A stretch of 64,000 bases of DNA, taken from sequence record SRR20825010_2136; one strand, given 5' to 3'. A program made the translations under genes and the position numbers. Below, one piece after another: positions 28,602 through 39,085 of the stretch (within the stretch, counting starts at the first letter, position 1; every line of letters begins with the position of its first letter). The notes beneath the pieces are model-generated. The model made no database searches. It was given only the letters and a program-made list of their open reading frames with translations, and was not told the DNA's origin.

Positions 28602-29572
28602 AAGCAATAGTTTGGAAAAAGTATGGTTCACCTGATTATCTTGAATTAGCTGAAATTGAAAAGCCTATCCCAAAGGATGATGAAGTGCTGATTAAGGTTC
28701 ATGCGGCAACGGTAACACCGGGTGATTGTGAAATCCGAAGGTTTGAAATGCATGTTTTATTCTGGCTCCCACTCCGGATTTACTTTGGTATCTTCAAACC
28801 CAAGCGACCCGTTTTAGGGATGGAGTTATCAGGGAAAATAGAAGCCATTGGTAAAAGTGTAAAGAATTTCAACATTGGAGATCAAATAGTCTGTGGGACA
28901 GGTCTTAAATTTGGTGCATATGCAGAATATAAGTGCTTGAAAAGCACTGCGATGATCGCCCTGAAGCCAGCAAACATGACGTATGAAGAGGCAGCTTCCC
29001 TTCCCACTGGAGCCATCAATGCACTTCATTACCTCAGAAAAGGAAATATCCAGCCTGGTGAAAAACTGCTGATTATTGGGGCAGCAGGTTGTTTTGGTAC
29101 CTATGCCATTCAGCTCGCTAAATATTTTGGTGCAGAAGTAACTTGTGTGGATAGTACAGACAAACTTCAGCCATTGCTTTCCTTAGGTGCTGATCACCTC
29201 ATTGACTATACCAAAGAAAGTTTTGTGGAAAGGGCTGAGAAGTATGATGTCATCTTTGATGTGGTGGGTAAATCCGTATTTCAAGGAATGAAATCACTTA
29301 CACCTAACGGTAGGTACATTTTGGCTACGCCTTGGGTTTTTCCAGTACTACAAGGACTGTGGGTTTCTATGACGAGCAGAAAGAAATTCATTTTGGAACT
29401 CGCTAAAGAAGATCCAAAAAACTTAATCTATTTAAAAGAACTTATTGAAGATGGCAAGCTAAAGACGGTTATCGATAAGCATTTTCCTTTAGCAGAAATG
29501 GCGGCTGCCCATCATTATGTTGAAAAGGGTGATAAGGTAGGGCAAGTTGCGATCAATGTAACTAACCAATAA
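28598..29572 (+). CDS. NAD(P)-dependent MDR-family oxidoreductase (quinone-reductase type)
   Basis: YGSPD, DEVLIKVHA, GAYAEY, GAAGCFGT nucleotide-binding motif and AAAHHYVEKG; no catalytic-Zn GHE motif. Confidence 0.9.
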   Translation: MKAIVWKKYGSPDYLELAEIEKPIPKDDEVLIKVHAATVTPGDCEIRRFEMHVLFWLPLRIYFGIFKPKRPVLGMELSGKIEAIGKSVKNFNIGDQIVCGTGLKFGAYAEYKCLKSTAMIALKPANMTYEEAASLPTGAINALHYLRKGNIQPGEKLLIIGAAGCFGTYAIQLAKYFGAEVTCVDSTDKLQPLLSLGADHLIDYTKESFVERAEKYDVIFDVVGKSVFQGMKSLTPNGRYILATPWVFPVLQGLWVSMTSRKKFILELAKEDPKNLIYLKELIEDGKLKTVIDKHFPLAEMAAAHHYVEKGDKVGQVAINVTNQ

Positions 29573-30553
29573 ATGAAAGCCATAGTACTCAAGCGATATG
29601 GAGGAATAGAAAACCTCGTTTTGGAAGAAGTTGAAAGACCAGCACCAAAGGATAATGAAGTTTTGATCAAAATGATATCCGCTTCCATCAATGATTGGGA
29701 CCGGGCACTAATGACTGGAAAGCCATTTATTATCCGAATGCTCTATCGTGCTTTTTTCAAACCTAAAATTAAAATTTTAGGCGTTGATGTCGCTGGAAAA
29801 GTAGTCGCTATAGGGAAAGCAGTCATCGCTTTTAATCTTGGTGATGAGGTTTATGGAGACCTTTCAGAATGTGGCTTTGGAGGTTTTGCAGAATATGTTT
29901 GCGCAGATGCCAAAGCACTTGTCATCAAGCCTTCCAACATGAGTTTCGATCAAGCGGCTGCAATTCCCCATGCTGCTGCGCTTACAATACAAGGTCTAAT
30001 CGATGAAGGCCAACTTCAAGAAGGTCAGCATTTACTCATCAATGGTGCTGGAGGCGGTGTAGGTACATTTGGAATCCAAATAGCGAAACTGTATCAAGCG
30101 AAAGTAACGGGTGTAGATAGCTTTGAAAAACAAGAAATGATGGCATCCTCGGGCTATGATGAGGTGATCGATTATAAAGTTCAAGACTTCACCAAAAATG
30201 GAAAGCAATATGACCTGATCCTCGATGCAAAGACCAATCGTTCACCCTTTGAATACCTTAAATCTCTAAAACCCGGAGGAATATATGTAACCATTGGCGG
30301 CCAAATGTCTCGACTAATGCAAATCGTATTCCTTGCCCCTATGATAAAGCGCATTACTGGAAAGCAATTAAAAGTCCTTACTCTAAAGCCAAACAAAGGG
30401 TTAGACTACATCAATGAGTTATACATGTCAGGTAAAATTAAATCTGTCATTGATGGACCATATCCTTTCGAAGAAATACCAAAAGCGGTTGATTATTTCA
30501 TCCAAGGCAAGCACAAAGGAAAAGTGATTATTTCGATTAGTAATGAAGATTAA
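29573..30553 (+). CDS. NAD(P)-dependent MDR-family oxidoreductase (quinone-reductase type), paralogue
   Basis: GGFAEY, NGAGGGVGTF, VIDY and GKHKGKVII motifs. Confidence 0.9.
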   Translation: MKAIVLKRYGGIENLVLEEVERPAPKDNEVLIKMISASINDWDRALMTGKPFIIRMLYRAFFKPKIKILGVDVAGKVVAIGKAVIAFNLGDEVYGDLSECGFGGFAEYVCADAKALVIKPSNMSFDQAAAIPHAAALTIQGLIDEGQLQEGQHLLINGAGGGVGTFGIQIAKLYQAKVTGVDSFEKQEMMASSGYDEVIDYKVQDFTKNGKQYDLILDAKTNRSPFEYLKSLKPGGIYVTIGGQMSRLMQIVFLAPMIKRITGKQLKVLTLKPNKGLDYINELYMSGKIKSVIDGPYPFEEIPKAVDYFIQGKHKGKVIISISNED

Positions 30554-30716
30554 GTTGACCTTTTGTAGGCCCTGTAAATAGATCGACTGGTAGTTTAGAA
30601 TTATTTAATTTTTACATCCATAACATAATCCCAAAAGTCTTTTTACCTTCTCCATATCCTAAGCATCGGATCGCGTCAAACTCCTAATGTCGTTACTTAG
30701 CGTTGATAAATTCAAT

Positions 30717-31574
30717 ATGGAAGCATTAAAGAAATTTTTAGAATTCGAGTTGTTTCACATTGGAGAATTCCAGTTGAGGGCTCTCTCCTTGGTGATCATT
30801 TTTATAATCTTTTTGGTCACCAAATTAGTCTTACTTATCATTAAGAAAACAATTTTCGGCCGGCAACATGGCAAGCTTGATATAGGCGCCAGTTATGCAT
30901 TATATAAAATCATTAAATACGTCATCTGGGTAATTGCCCTTGGTTTGATTTTAGAAGCGCTCGGTGTCAAATTAACTGTATTAATTGCGGGCTCTGCGGC
31001 CTTACTCGTTGGTATTGGCTTGGGCTTACAGCAGACCTTCAACGATATTCTATCTGGGATCATTCTGCTTTCAGAAAAGTCCATTAAAATTGAGGACGTC
31101 CTAGAAATAGATGGTGACATCGTGAAAATTCAGAGTATAGGCCTACGAACGTCCAAAGCCTCAAATACCGATGACGTTTCTATTATCATTCCAAACTCAT
31201 TGATTACCACCAACAAAGTGATCAACTGGAGTCATCAGACCACCAAGGCCCGTTTTAGAATTAATGTTGGGGTTGCTTATGGGAGTGACATAGACTTGGT
31301 GATAAAAATACTGGAAGAAAGCGCACATGAACATCCAGATGTCTCTACAATTGATTCCACTGAAGCACGATTGGTAGATTTCGGTAATTCATCATTAGAC
31401 TTTCAAGTCTTATTCTACAGTCAGAATATTTTCCGAATCAGTAAGGTGAAAAGCGATATAAGGAGAAGTATCAGTCAGAAATTTGTCTCAAATAATATAA
31501 CGATTCCATTCCCTCAAATGGACTTGCATGTAAAATCAAATTCTGGAGAGAAAACAAAAGATATTAAGGAGTAA
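30717..31574 (+). CDS. Small-conductance mechanosensitive channel family protein
   Basis: GSAALLVGIGLGLQ, IGLRTS, IIIPNS, VGVAYGSD, FGNSSLDF and IPFPQ motifs. ATG at 30717 preferred. Confidence 0.93.
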   Translation: MEALKKFLEFELFHIGEFQLRALSLVIIFIIFLVTKLVLLIIKKTIFGRQHGKLDIGASYALYKIIKYVIWVIALGLILEALGVKLTVLIAGSAALLVGIGLGLQQTFNDILSGIILLSEKSIKIEDVLEIDGDIVKIQSIGLRTSKASNTDDVSIIIPNSLITTNKVINWSHQTTKARFRINVGVAYGSDIDLVIKILEESAHEHPDVSTIDSTEARLVDFGNSSLDFQVLFYSQNIFRISKVKSDIRRSISQKFVSNNITIPFPQMDLHVKSNSGEKTKDIKE

Positions 31575-31711
31575 CATGCTACCCTTGTTGATGAAACCAT
31601 CAAGCCTCCAAAGGGTGACTATTCTTTTTCCTTTACGTGTTTTTGAAAAAGGTCACCAGAAATCCTGGGGTAAGACGATCTTTCTGATGGTGGATACAAC
31701 CGCTCGGTTCT

Positions 31712-33322
31712 TTACTTAATAATCACAAACTCCACCCTGCGGTTTGACTCTCGGCCGGCAACACTGAAGTTTTGGCCTACGGGCTTTTCGCCTCCAAAAC
31801 CTTCGGTTTCTATGCGTTTTCCAGAGAGGCCTTTCTCTACTAAGTAATCTTTTACGGTGTTCACTCGATCTAAAGAAAGTTCTTTGAGCAACTTCGGATT
31901 ACCTCTGTTGTCGGTGTGCCCTTCCAAACGAATTTCCAAATCAGGGTTGTTTTCCATCAAAGTAATAAGTTTTTCCAACTGGACTGCCGCCTCTTTTGCA
32001 TTGGCAAATGACGAAGTACCTTCGTTAAAAAGCACATTTTCAATCTTGATTTTCGTACCTACTTCTCTCGAAGTCAGCTTAAAACCTTCCACCCCTTTGG
32101 GCTCATCTCCACCGCTCCGTGGAGTGGCCGAGGCCATAAAGGCTTCTTTGTACTTTAGAAAACCATCAGCGTCAATCTCAACATTCACTTCAAGACCTTC
32201 TTCAATAGTCACTAAAAACTTCTTTTCAGGAGAGTCTAGTTCTGAGGTATTGATTTCAATTTCCTTTTCTCCAAAATTCAGTTTCACCACAGCATTGATC
32301 GGCTGGTCATTACTGATATCCAGCACCTGCATAGTCATTACAACTACTGGTTTTTCTTGCACTTTTGGTTCAGGTACTTGAGTGATTCGGGTTTCTGTTG
32401 TCGATACTACTTCCTGAAGCACTTTTTCTGTTTTGTTCAATGGAAAACCGAAGATATCACCAAAGCCCTCGCTGTTTTGGGTAGAAGAGAAATAAGCCAA
32501 TTCCCCGAGCTTCGGGATTGCATATCCTAACTCCATACCCGCTGTATTCACTTCAGCACCTAAATTAACGGGATTTGTCCAGTCTACCCAAGAACTACCT
32601 TTACGCTGACTTACAAAGATATCGCGGCCACCTTGACCTCCAAAACCATTTGAAGAGAAGTACAAGGTCTTTAAATCCGGAGCCAAATAAGGTGACCATT
32701 CTTCACCCTCTGTATTGATATCTGCCCCCAAGTTCTCGGGCTGACTCCAACTACCACTGCTTTCTTTAAAGGTGACATAAAGGTCTTCATTCCCAAAAGT
32801 ATCGTAGCTTTTATAAGACAGAATCATCATTTTTTCGTCTGGAGAAATAGAGCCACTGATGTACTCAGAGTTATTTGAAAAATAACGAATATCTAAAGGC
32901 TGAGGTACAGACCAATGATCCATCACCCATTCAGCCATAGCAATTCCTTTGTGTAAATTTCCCTCAGCGTCTTTGTAGTTCAAAAGGTAGATACGTTCTC
33001 CATCGGCTGAAAAACCCACAACACCGTTCAATCCAGTATGGTTAATGGTGCTACCCGCATGTTTGGCCAGAGACCAACCCTTTTCGGTTTTGTCAGAATA
33101 CCAAATATCACCACGATCAATCACTCCCCCTTGGTTTCGAGCATGCCCAGAACGCACAAAGTACATCCGTTTGCCATCAGGTGTAAGTATTGGGTTCTGC
33201 TCATCAAAACCAGAACTAATGCTGTCCATTTTTATATGGCTTTGGGTCTGCCCCATCAGCATTGCTTGATGACAAAAAAGAACTAGAAGAGTGATATATA
33301 GAGTCGTTTTCAAAGCCAACAT
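31712..33322 (-). CDS. OmpA family protein with PD40 beta-propeller repeats (PorE-like architecture)
   Basis: PD40 repeats (PILTPDG, PENLGADINT..EWSP.LAPD..LYFSSNG) and OmpA_C (EGHTD, LSLDR, NRRVEF). Confidence 0.88.
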   Translation of the reverse strand: MLALKTTLYITLLVLFCHQAMLMGQTQSHIKMDSISSGFDEQNPILTPDGKRMYFVRSGHARNQGGVIDRGDIWYSDKTEKGWSLAKHAGSTINHTGLNGVVGFSADGERIYLLNYKDAEGNLHKGIAMAEWVMDHWSVPQPLDIRYFSNNSEYISGSISPDEKMMILSYKSYDTFGNEDLYVTFKESSGSWSQPENLGADINTEGEEWSPYLAPDLKTLYFSSNGFGGQGGRDIFVSQRKGSSWVDWTNPVNLGAEVNTAGMELGYAIPKLGELAYFSSTQNSEGFGDIFGFPLNKTEKVLQEVVSTTETRITQVPEPKVQEKPVVVMTMQVLDISNDQPINAVVKLNFGEKEIEINTSELDSPEKKFLVTIEEGLEVNVEIDADGFLKYKEAFMASATPRSGGDEPKGVEGFKLTSREVGTKIKIENVLFNEGTSSFANAKEAAVQLEKLITLMENNPDLEIRLEGHTDNRGNPKLLKELSLDRVNTVKDYLVEKGLSGKRIETEGFGGEKPVGQNFSVAGRESNRRVEFVIIK

Positions 33323-33508
33323 TGAGTTTACTTCTTTTTCAACGTATGAAATAGAAAATATTTTGACCCTAAGATAAGGGTTAAGCTTTAAACTACCCTG
33401 TTATGAACGCTGAATAACATATTTTAACAGGGATATGGGGTTTACTGTTTAATGTTTACTGTTCGGAACGCAGAACTCAAAAGAGATGGTTGTTTTGCTA
33501 AAGGAAAT

Positions 33509-34594
33509 TTAACCTTCCAAGAATTTACACAACAGACTGTGAAAATGGTGGACTCCTTTTTCCATTTTGGGTGAATACCTTCCTGACTTATAAAACCGAG
33601 AATTGATCCCCTTCTGAACACCTTCTACCACAAACTCATCTTCACGCTCTACTTTATCCAATAAAGCACCCGCACCACTGTCCATTTTGCTTTCGTCATA
33701 CACGTAAGTAATAAAGCTAACGCGAGTACGGTTCACCGAAATTGGTTTGACCACATTGATGGACAGCCCCCAAGGGTAGAAATTGAACATCATATTGGGG
33801 AATACCCAGAAATAATAAGCCGCCACGTTCTTACCATAATCCATATGCCCTTCCGGTAGATCAAAAGTATCTTCGGCTGAAGTCGCAAAGCCAATTTGAA
33901 GGTTCATGTGCTCGTAAAGCACTGATTCATAAGAGCCGTAATCCAACACCGCATTCAAGTCACTATGTACGAATGGAATATGGAAACCTTCCAGGTAATT
34001 ATCGCAGTACAAAGACCAATGCGCATTGACCAAGTAGTCTTGTGAACGCTGAGCATCATGTCTAAACTCGTGCAAAGGCATAAAACCAATACGTTCCAGC
34101 ATTCCCTCCAACACAGGTTCAAAATCGAAACTAGGATCGAGCCCCATAAACAGCAAAGGCCCCAATCGCTTCAATGGAAATTGATGCAGACTATCCGAAG
34201 CACATGGGAAGTTTTCGGCTTCTTTAAACTCAGGCATATGCTCGAAAGCACCGTTCAAAGCGAATCTTCGACCATGGTATTTACAGACTAACTTTCGTTC
34301 AGAACTAGGATGATGACAAACGATATTCCCTCGATGTGTACAAACATTTGTTAGGCAATGGATCTCTTCATCCTCGCTTCTGGTTAATAAAACGGGCTCT
34401 GTTAGGTAGCCGTCCAAGAGCGTAAATGGATAAACTTGCTTCGGTAACTTCACCAAAGACTCGTCCCCAATCCATTGCCAAGATTTTAGAAAAACCTTTT
34501 CTTTCAGTGCTTCAAATACCTGAACATCACGATAAAAGCTAGAGGGAAGCGTATATGCTTTTTCAATTTCTGGATGGATGGAGTAGTTAGGCAT
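33509..34594 (-). CDS. Rieske non-heme iron oxygenase alpha subunit (choline/carnitine monooxygenase-like group)
   Basis: Rieske motif CTHRG...CKYHG; mononuclear Fe ligands in DNYLEGFHIPFVH and ED; N-terminal TLPSSFY. Confidence 0.9.
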   Translation of the reverse strand: MPNYSIHPEIEKAYTLPSSFYRDVQVFEALKEKVFLKSWQWIGDESLVKLPKQVYPFTLLDGYLTEPVLLTRSEDEEIHCLTNVCTHRGNIVCHHPSSERKLVCKYHGRRFALNGAFEHMPEFKEAENFPCASDSLHQFPLKRLGPLLFMGLDPSFDFEPVLEGMLERIGFMPLHEFRHDAQRSQDYLVNAHWSLYCDNYLEGFHIPFVHSDLNAVLDYGSYESVLYEHMNLQIGFATSAEDTFDLPEGHMDYGKNVAAYYFWVFPNMMFNFYPWGLSINVVKPISVNRTRVSFITYVYDESKMDSGAGALLDKVEREDEFVVEGVQKGINSRFYKSGRYSPKMEKGVHHFHSLLCKFLEG

Positions 34595-34666
34595 GCTCAG
34601 CTTTTATCAATATATTTCAAATGGAATACCTGCTAAAATAAGGATTCTAATTCGATTTTTTCAGCT

Positions 34667-35971
34667 ATGCGCGACAACAAGAATTCCAGTAAGAAATTAG
34701 GCGTTTGGACCACCACAGCACTCGTTGTGGGCGGAATGATTGGCTCTGGTATTTTTTCCTTGCCAGTTGCTTTGTCACAATTTGGAGGCATCAGCCTTTT
34801 TGGATGGTTATTCGCTGCCTCAGGGGCTTTTGTACTGGCCCAAATACTGGGTAAATTAAGCAAGGTGATACCTGAAACTGGAGGGCCTTATGCTTATAGC
34901 AGAGCAGGTTTTGGAGACTTTATCGGTTTCTTTGTTGGCTGGGGTTATTGGTTATCACTTTGGGCTACCAATGCCGCCATTGCCATCTCCTTCGTTAGCT
35001 ACTTAAGCGTATTTATTCCAGTCTTAAAAGACAATTCATTTCTCTCCTTAATTACTGCACTAATCACCATTTGGCTGCTTACAGCCCTGAATAGCTACAG
35101 TGTCAAGGGAGGTGGAAAAACACAGTTGATTACGACACTTTTAAAAATCGTCCCATTGGTGGTAATTACTATTGGTGGATTTTTCTTTATTGACTGGAGC
35201 AACTTCAGCCCATTTAATGTGAGCAAGGTTTCTTCTATTGAGGCAATAACGATTAGCACCGCCATTTGTCTGTTTGCATTTTTGGGGATCGAAGCAGCCA
35301 CAATACCGGCAGGCAACATTAAATCCCCAGAAAAAACGATCCCGAAAGCCACCATGTATGGAACCATAGCGGTTTCCATTATTTATATGGTCAGCTCATT
35401 TGCTTTGTTTGCCGTTTTGGCTCCCACTGATATGACCAATACGGTTTCTCCTTTTTCAGATGCAGCTTCTAAAATGTGGGGAACAAATGCAAAGTACATA
35501 GTCGCTGCTGGGGCTTGTATTTCAACTTTTGGTGCTTTAAATGGTTGGATTCTTATATCCGGTCAAATGCCTATGGCAATGGCCAAAGAGGGGGTACTTC
35601 CAAAACCCTTCGCTATAACAAACAAAAATGAGTCCCCCTACTTTAGCCTTATCGCTTCGAGCATTATAGTCACTATTCTATTGTTGCTCAATCAAACCAA
35701 AGGTTTGGCAGATGTTTACACCTATATGATACTACTCAGCACTGTCGCCACGCTAGTGGCTTATATCTTTAGCGTATCAGCTTATGGCTTGTTTTCCATT
35801 GAAAGCAAATTCGGTTTCAGACCAAAAATCACCAATTTTTTACTCACCCTAATCGGCTTTGGCTTTTCTATCTGGATGATGTTCGGCTCTGGTCATGAGG
35901 CTGTTTCTGTTGGTTTTATTGGCCTTTTATTAGGAATTCCAGTCTATATTTGGAGTAAACGAAAAATCTAA
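34667..35971 (+). CDS. APC-family amino acid permease (AdiC/ArcD/PotE-like)
   Basis: MIGSGIF, GGPYAY, FAFLGIE and GALNGW motifs; about 12 TM helices. Confidence 0.9.
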   Translation: MRDNKNSSKKLGVWTTTALVVGGMIGSGIFSLPVALSQFGGISLFGWLFAASGAFVLAQILGKLSKVIPETGGPYAYSRAGFGDFIGFFVGWGYWLSLWATNAAIAISFVSYLSVFIPVLKDNSFLSLITALITIWLLTALNSYSVKGGGKTQLITTLLKIVPLVVITIGGFFFIDWSNFSPFNVSKVSSIEAITISTAICLFAFLGIEAATIPAGNIKSPEKTIPKATMYGTIAVSIIYMVSSFALFAVLAPTDMTNTVSPFSDAASKMWGTNAKYIVAAGACISTFGALNGWILISGQMPMAMAKEGVLPKPFAITNKNESPYFSLIASSIIVTILLLLNQTKGLADVYTYMILLSTVATLVAYIFSVSAYGLFSIESKFGFRPKITNFLLTLIGFGFSIWMMFGSGHEAVSVGFIGLLLGIPVYIWSKRKI

Positions 35972-35972
35972 A

Positions 35973-36848
35973 ATGAATACCTCTCATTCGGAATACGGAA
36001 CAATTAAATCCCTTTGGATCAAGCCTGTAAAACATAGTTTTGTAGATCAGCAAATGATTGACAGTCAATGGATAGACTTGAACTTTCTAGAATGCCCTAT
36101 CTACCCCAAAGCACTTCAGGAATACGATAGTTTCAAAGCAAATTTCTATTTCCTTGGGGAGAACCTGGCCACATTCGGTTCGAATGATTATGTAAAAATG
36201 GATTCTATTTACTGCAGAGATGCCTCTATCGCCACTGACTATGGAATGATTCTCTGCAATATGGGTAAAGCCTGCAGAGTTAATGAACCCATGTCGCATA
36301 GAGAGGCTTATGAGGCAGCGGGCATAAAAATTTTCGGACAGATTGAAGGGCCAGGTACATTGGAAGGCGGTGATGTAGCTTGGTTAGATGAAAAGACTTT
36401 GGCAGTTGGAAATACTTACCGCTCCAACCCCGAAGGAATCAGGCAACTCGAAGCGCTTTTAGCACCAAAGGGAATTGAAGTACTCACCGTAGATTTACCG
36501 CATTACAAAGGTCCTTCCGATGTATTCCATCTTATGTCAATTCTTAGTCCTGTGGATAAAGATTTGGCCGTGATTTACTCTCCTTTAATGCCTATTTCCT
36601 TTAGAAAGGAATTGATCAGAAGAGGTTTCGAGTTTATCGAAGTGCCAGAAGACGAGTTTGATTCTATGGGCTGTAATGTATTGGCCATTTCACCCAGAAA
36701 CTGCTTAATGGTCGATGGAAACCCTTCTACCGAAGCACAATTGAAAGCCGCGGGGTGCAGGGTTAACACTTATAACGGAGACGAAATAAGCTACAAAGGC
36801 GGTGGTGGCCCAACTTGTCTAACGAGGCCCATGATGAGGGAAATCTAA
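35973..36848 (+). CDS. Amidinotransferase / dimethylarginine dimethylaminohydrolase (pentein) family hydrolase
   Basis: HSEYG, DSIYCRD, LEGGD, FHLMS and catalytic Cys in GGGPTCLT. Confidence 0.87.
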   Translation: MNTSHSEYGTIKSLWIKPVKHSFVDQQMIDSQWIDLNFLECPIYPKALQEYDSFKANFYFLGENLATFGSNDYVKMDSIYCRDASIATDYGMILCNMGKACRVNEPMSHREAYEAAGIKIFGQIEGPGTLEGGDVAWLDEKTLAVGNTYRSNPEGIRQLEALLAPKGIEVLTVDLPHYKGPSDVFHLMSILSPVDKDLAVIYSPLMPISFRKELIRRGFEFIEVPEDEFDSMGCNVLAISPRNCLMVDGNPSTEAQLKAAGCRVNTYNGDEISYKGGGGPTCLTRPMMREI

Positions 36849-36982
36849 ACACTTTCATTTCGCTCCATTTAAATTCATTTTGAATAGAAGCCCTGAAAAC
36901 TTTTTAGGCTCTAAATTCTATGCGATCTTCGTAAGCGGAACGGCTCAAGGCTCGTTCTTCCAACCTCAAAAACCGAATAACT

Positions 36983-39019
36983 ATGCCTCATCAAGCCAAT
37001 CGACTGATCAATTCTTCCTCCCCTTACCTTTTACAGCATGCCTATAATCCTGTAGACTGGTTTCCTTGGGGAGAAGAAGCTTTAGAAAAGGCGAAGAAAG
37101 AGGACAAGCCGATTATCGTCAGTATTGGCTATTCGGCTTGCCACTGGTGTCATGTAATGGAGCGAGAAAGCTTTGAAAACGAGAAGATTGCCGAAATCAT
37201 GAATGCGCATTTCGTTTGCATCAAAGTGGACAGAGAAGAGCGCCCCGATGTAGACCAAGTGTATATGGATGCCGTGCATGCCATGGGTTTGCAAGGTGGC
37301 TGGCCGCTGAACGCCATTCTCCTACCTGACCAACGCCCGTTTTATGGAGGCACATATTTCCCTGCCCAAGGTTGGGCGAATTTGCTGCTTCAAATCGCCA
37401 AGGTATTTAAAGAGCAACGTGCCGAATTAGAAAAATCGGCTGAAGGCTTTATGAATTCACTCAGCGTGAGTGACATTCAAAAGTATGGTTTAAATTCTAT
37501 CGGTGCAGATTTCAGCAAAGAGGATTTGGGCCAAATGTTCAAGGTTCTCAGTCAGAATTTTGACAAGGAAAAAGGCGGCATGAACAAAGCACCCAAGTTT
37601 CCAATGCCTGTGATCTACTCTTTTTTGCTCCGAGAATTTGAAGCAAATAAAAATGAGGGCGCTTTGATCCATGTAAAGCTTACGTTGAACAAGATGGCTT
37701 TCGGAGGGCTTTACGATCAAATTGGTGGTGGTTTTACCCGCTACTCTACCGATGCAGATTGGTTTGCACCTCATTTTGAAAAAATGCTTTACGACAATGG
37801 ACAGCTTGTAAGTCTTTATTCTGAAGCCTTTCAGGCCACAAAAGATCCGCTTTACAAAGAAATCGTTTTTCAAACCATTGAATGGCTACAAAGGGAAATG
37901 ACTACCGAAGAAGGCGGGTTCTATTCAGCTTTAGATGCCGATAGCGAAGGAGAAGAAGGTAAATTCTATTGTTGGAGAGCGGCTGAATTCCGTGACGTCC
38001 TTGGATCCGATGCAGAACTGATGTTTGCCTATTATAACCTTACCGAAAAGGGAAATTGGGAGCCTCAAAAGAACATTCCACACAGGAACCTAACAGATTC
38101 AGAGTTCGCAAAGGCGAATGACCTTTCTTTAGAAAAATTACAAGGTTTGGTGAAAGCAGCCAACCTCAAGCTTCTCAAGCAAAGAGAAACGAAGGTGCGT
38201 CCTGGCCTAGACGACAAAATACTTTCTGGCTGGAATGGCCTTATGCTCAAAGGCCTGGTGGACGGTTACGCAAGCTTTCAAGCACCTGAGTTTCTTGAAA
38301 TGGCCATTAAAAATGCAGAGTTTATTTGTGCCAAAATGAAAAACGGAAAAGGGCTATTCCGAAATTATAAAGCAGGAAAACCCAGTATTGATGCCTATTT
38401 GGAAGATTACGCAGCTGTAACTCAGGCCTTCAGCGCCTTGTACCAAGTCACCTTTGATGAGAAGTGGTTGAACGAGGCTGTCCAGTTGACCGAATATACA
38501 ATTGAGCATTTTTATGATAAAGAAGAACGCTTCTTCTTCTTCACCAATGATGAATCTGAAAAACTAATTGCCAGAAAGAAAGAGGTTTTCGATAATGTCA
38601 TTCCGGGTTCAAACTCACTGATGGCGCAAAACCTATACACTTTGGGCACCATCACCAGTAATCAAACCTATACCGACATGGGAAACGAAATGCTCGGTCG
38701 GGTCAAGAAAATGGTCATGGTCGAACCTCAATATTTAACCAATTGGGCCTGTTTGGCTACTCAAATGGTAACGCCTACTGCCGAAATCGTTATGGTGGGT
38801 GATGATATTCAAACACAGGCCTTTAGTTTCTTTGATCAATTTATGCCGAATAAGGTATTGGTTGGTGCAGAAAATGAAGGCACAAGTAAACTAGAACTAT
38901 TGGCCAACCGAGGCAGAATTAATGATCAAACCACTTTTTACGTTTGTTTCAATAAAGCCTGTCAACTGCCGGTAAATTCTGCAAGTGCGGCAATAAATCT
39001 AATTCAGGATAGAAAATAG
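36983..39019 (+). CDS. Thioredoxin-domain / six-hairpin protein (YyaL/SSP411, DUF255)
   Basis: [39 protein letters not shown] and [12 protein letters not shown] motifs. Confidence 0.95.
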   Translation: MPHQANRLINSSSPYLLQHAYNPVDWFPWGEEALEKAKKEDKPIIVSIGYSACHWCHVMERESFENEKIAEIMNAHFVCIKVDREERPDVDQVYMDAVHAMGLQGGWPLNAILLPDQRPFYGGTYFPAQGWANLLLQIAKVFKEQRAELEKSAEGFMNSLSVSDIQKYGLNSIGADFSKEDLGQMFKVLSQNFDKEKGGMNKAPKFPMPVIYSFLLREFEANKNEGALIHVKLTLNKMAFGGLYDQIGGGFTRYSTDADWFAPHFEKMLYDNGQLVSLYSEAFQATKDPLYKEIVFQTIEWLQREMTTEEGGFYSALDADSEGEEGKFYCWRAAEFRDVLGSDAELMFAYYNLTEKGNWEPQKNIPHRNLTDSEFAKANDLSLEKLQGLVKAANLKLLKQRETKVRPGLDDKILSGWNGLMLKGLVDGYASFQAPEFLEMAIKNAEFICAKMKNGKGLFRNYKAGKPSIDAYLEDYAAVTQAFSALYQVTFDEKWLNEAVQLTEYTIEHFYDKEERFFFFTNDESEKLIARKKEVFDNVIPGSNSLMAQNLYTLGTITSNQTYTDMGNEMLGRVKKMVMVEPQYLTNWACLATQMVTPTAEIVMVGDDIQTQAFSFFDQFMPNKVLVGAENEGTSKLELLANRGRINDQTTFYVCFNKACQLPVNSASAAINLIQDRK

Positions 39020-39085
39020 TTTTGGCAGACGAGGAATATTTCTAACCTTGCCAAAGGTTCAAAACCAAGATATTTCCCTAACGAT

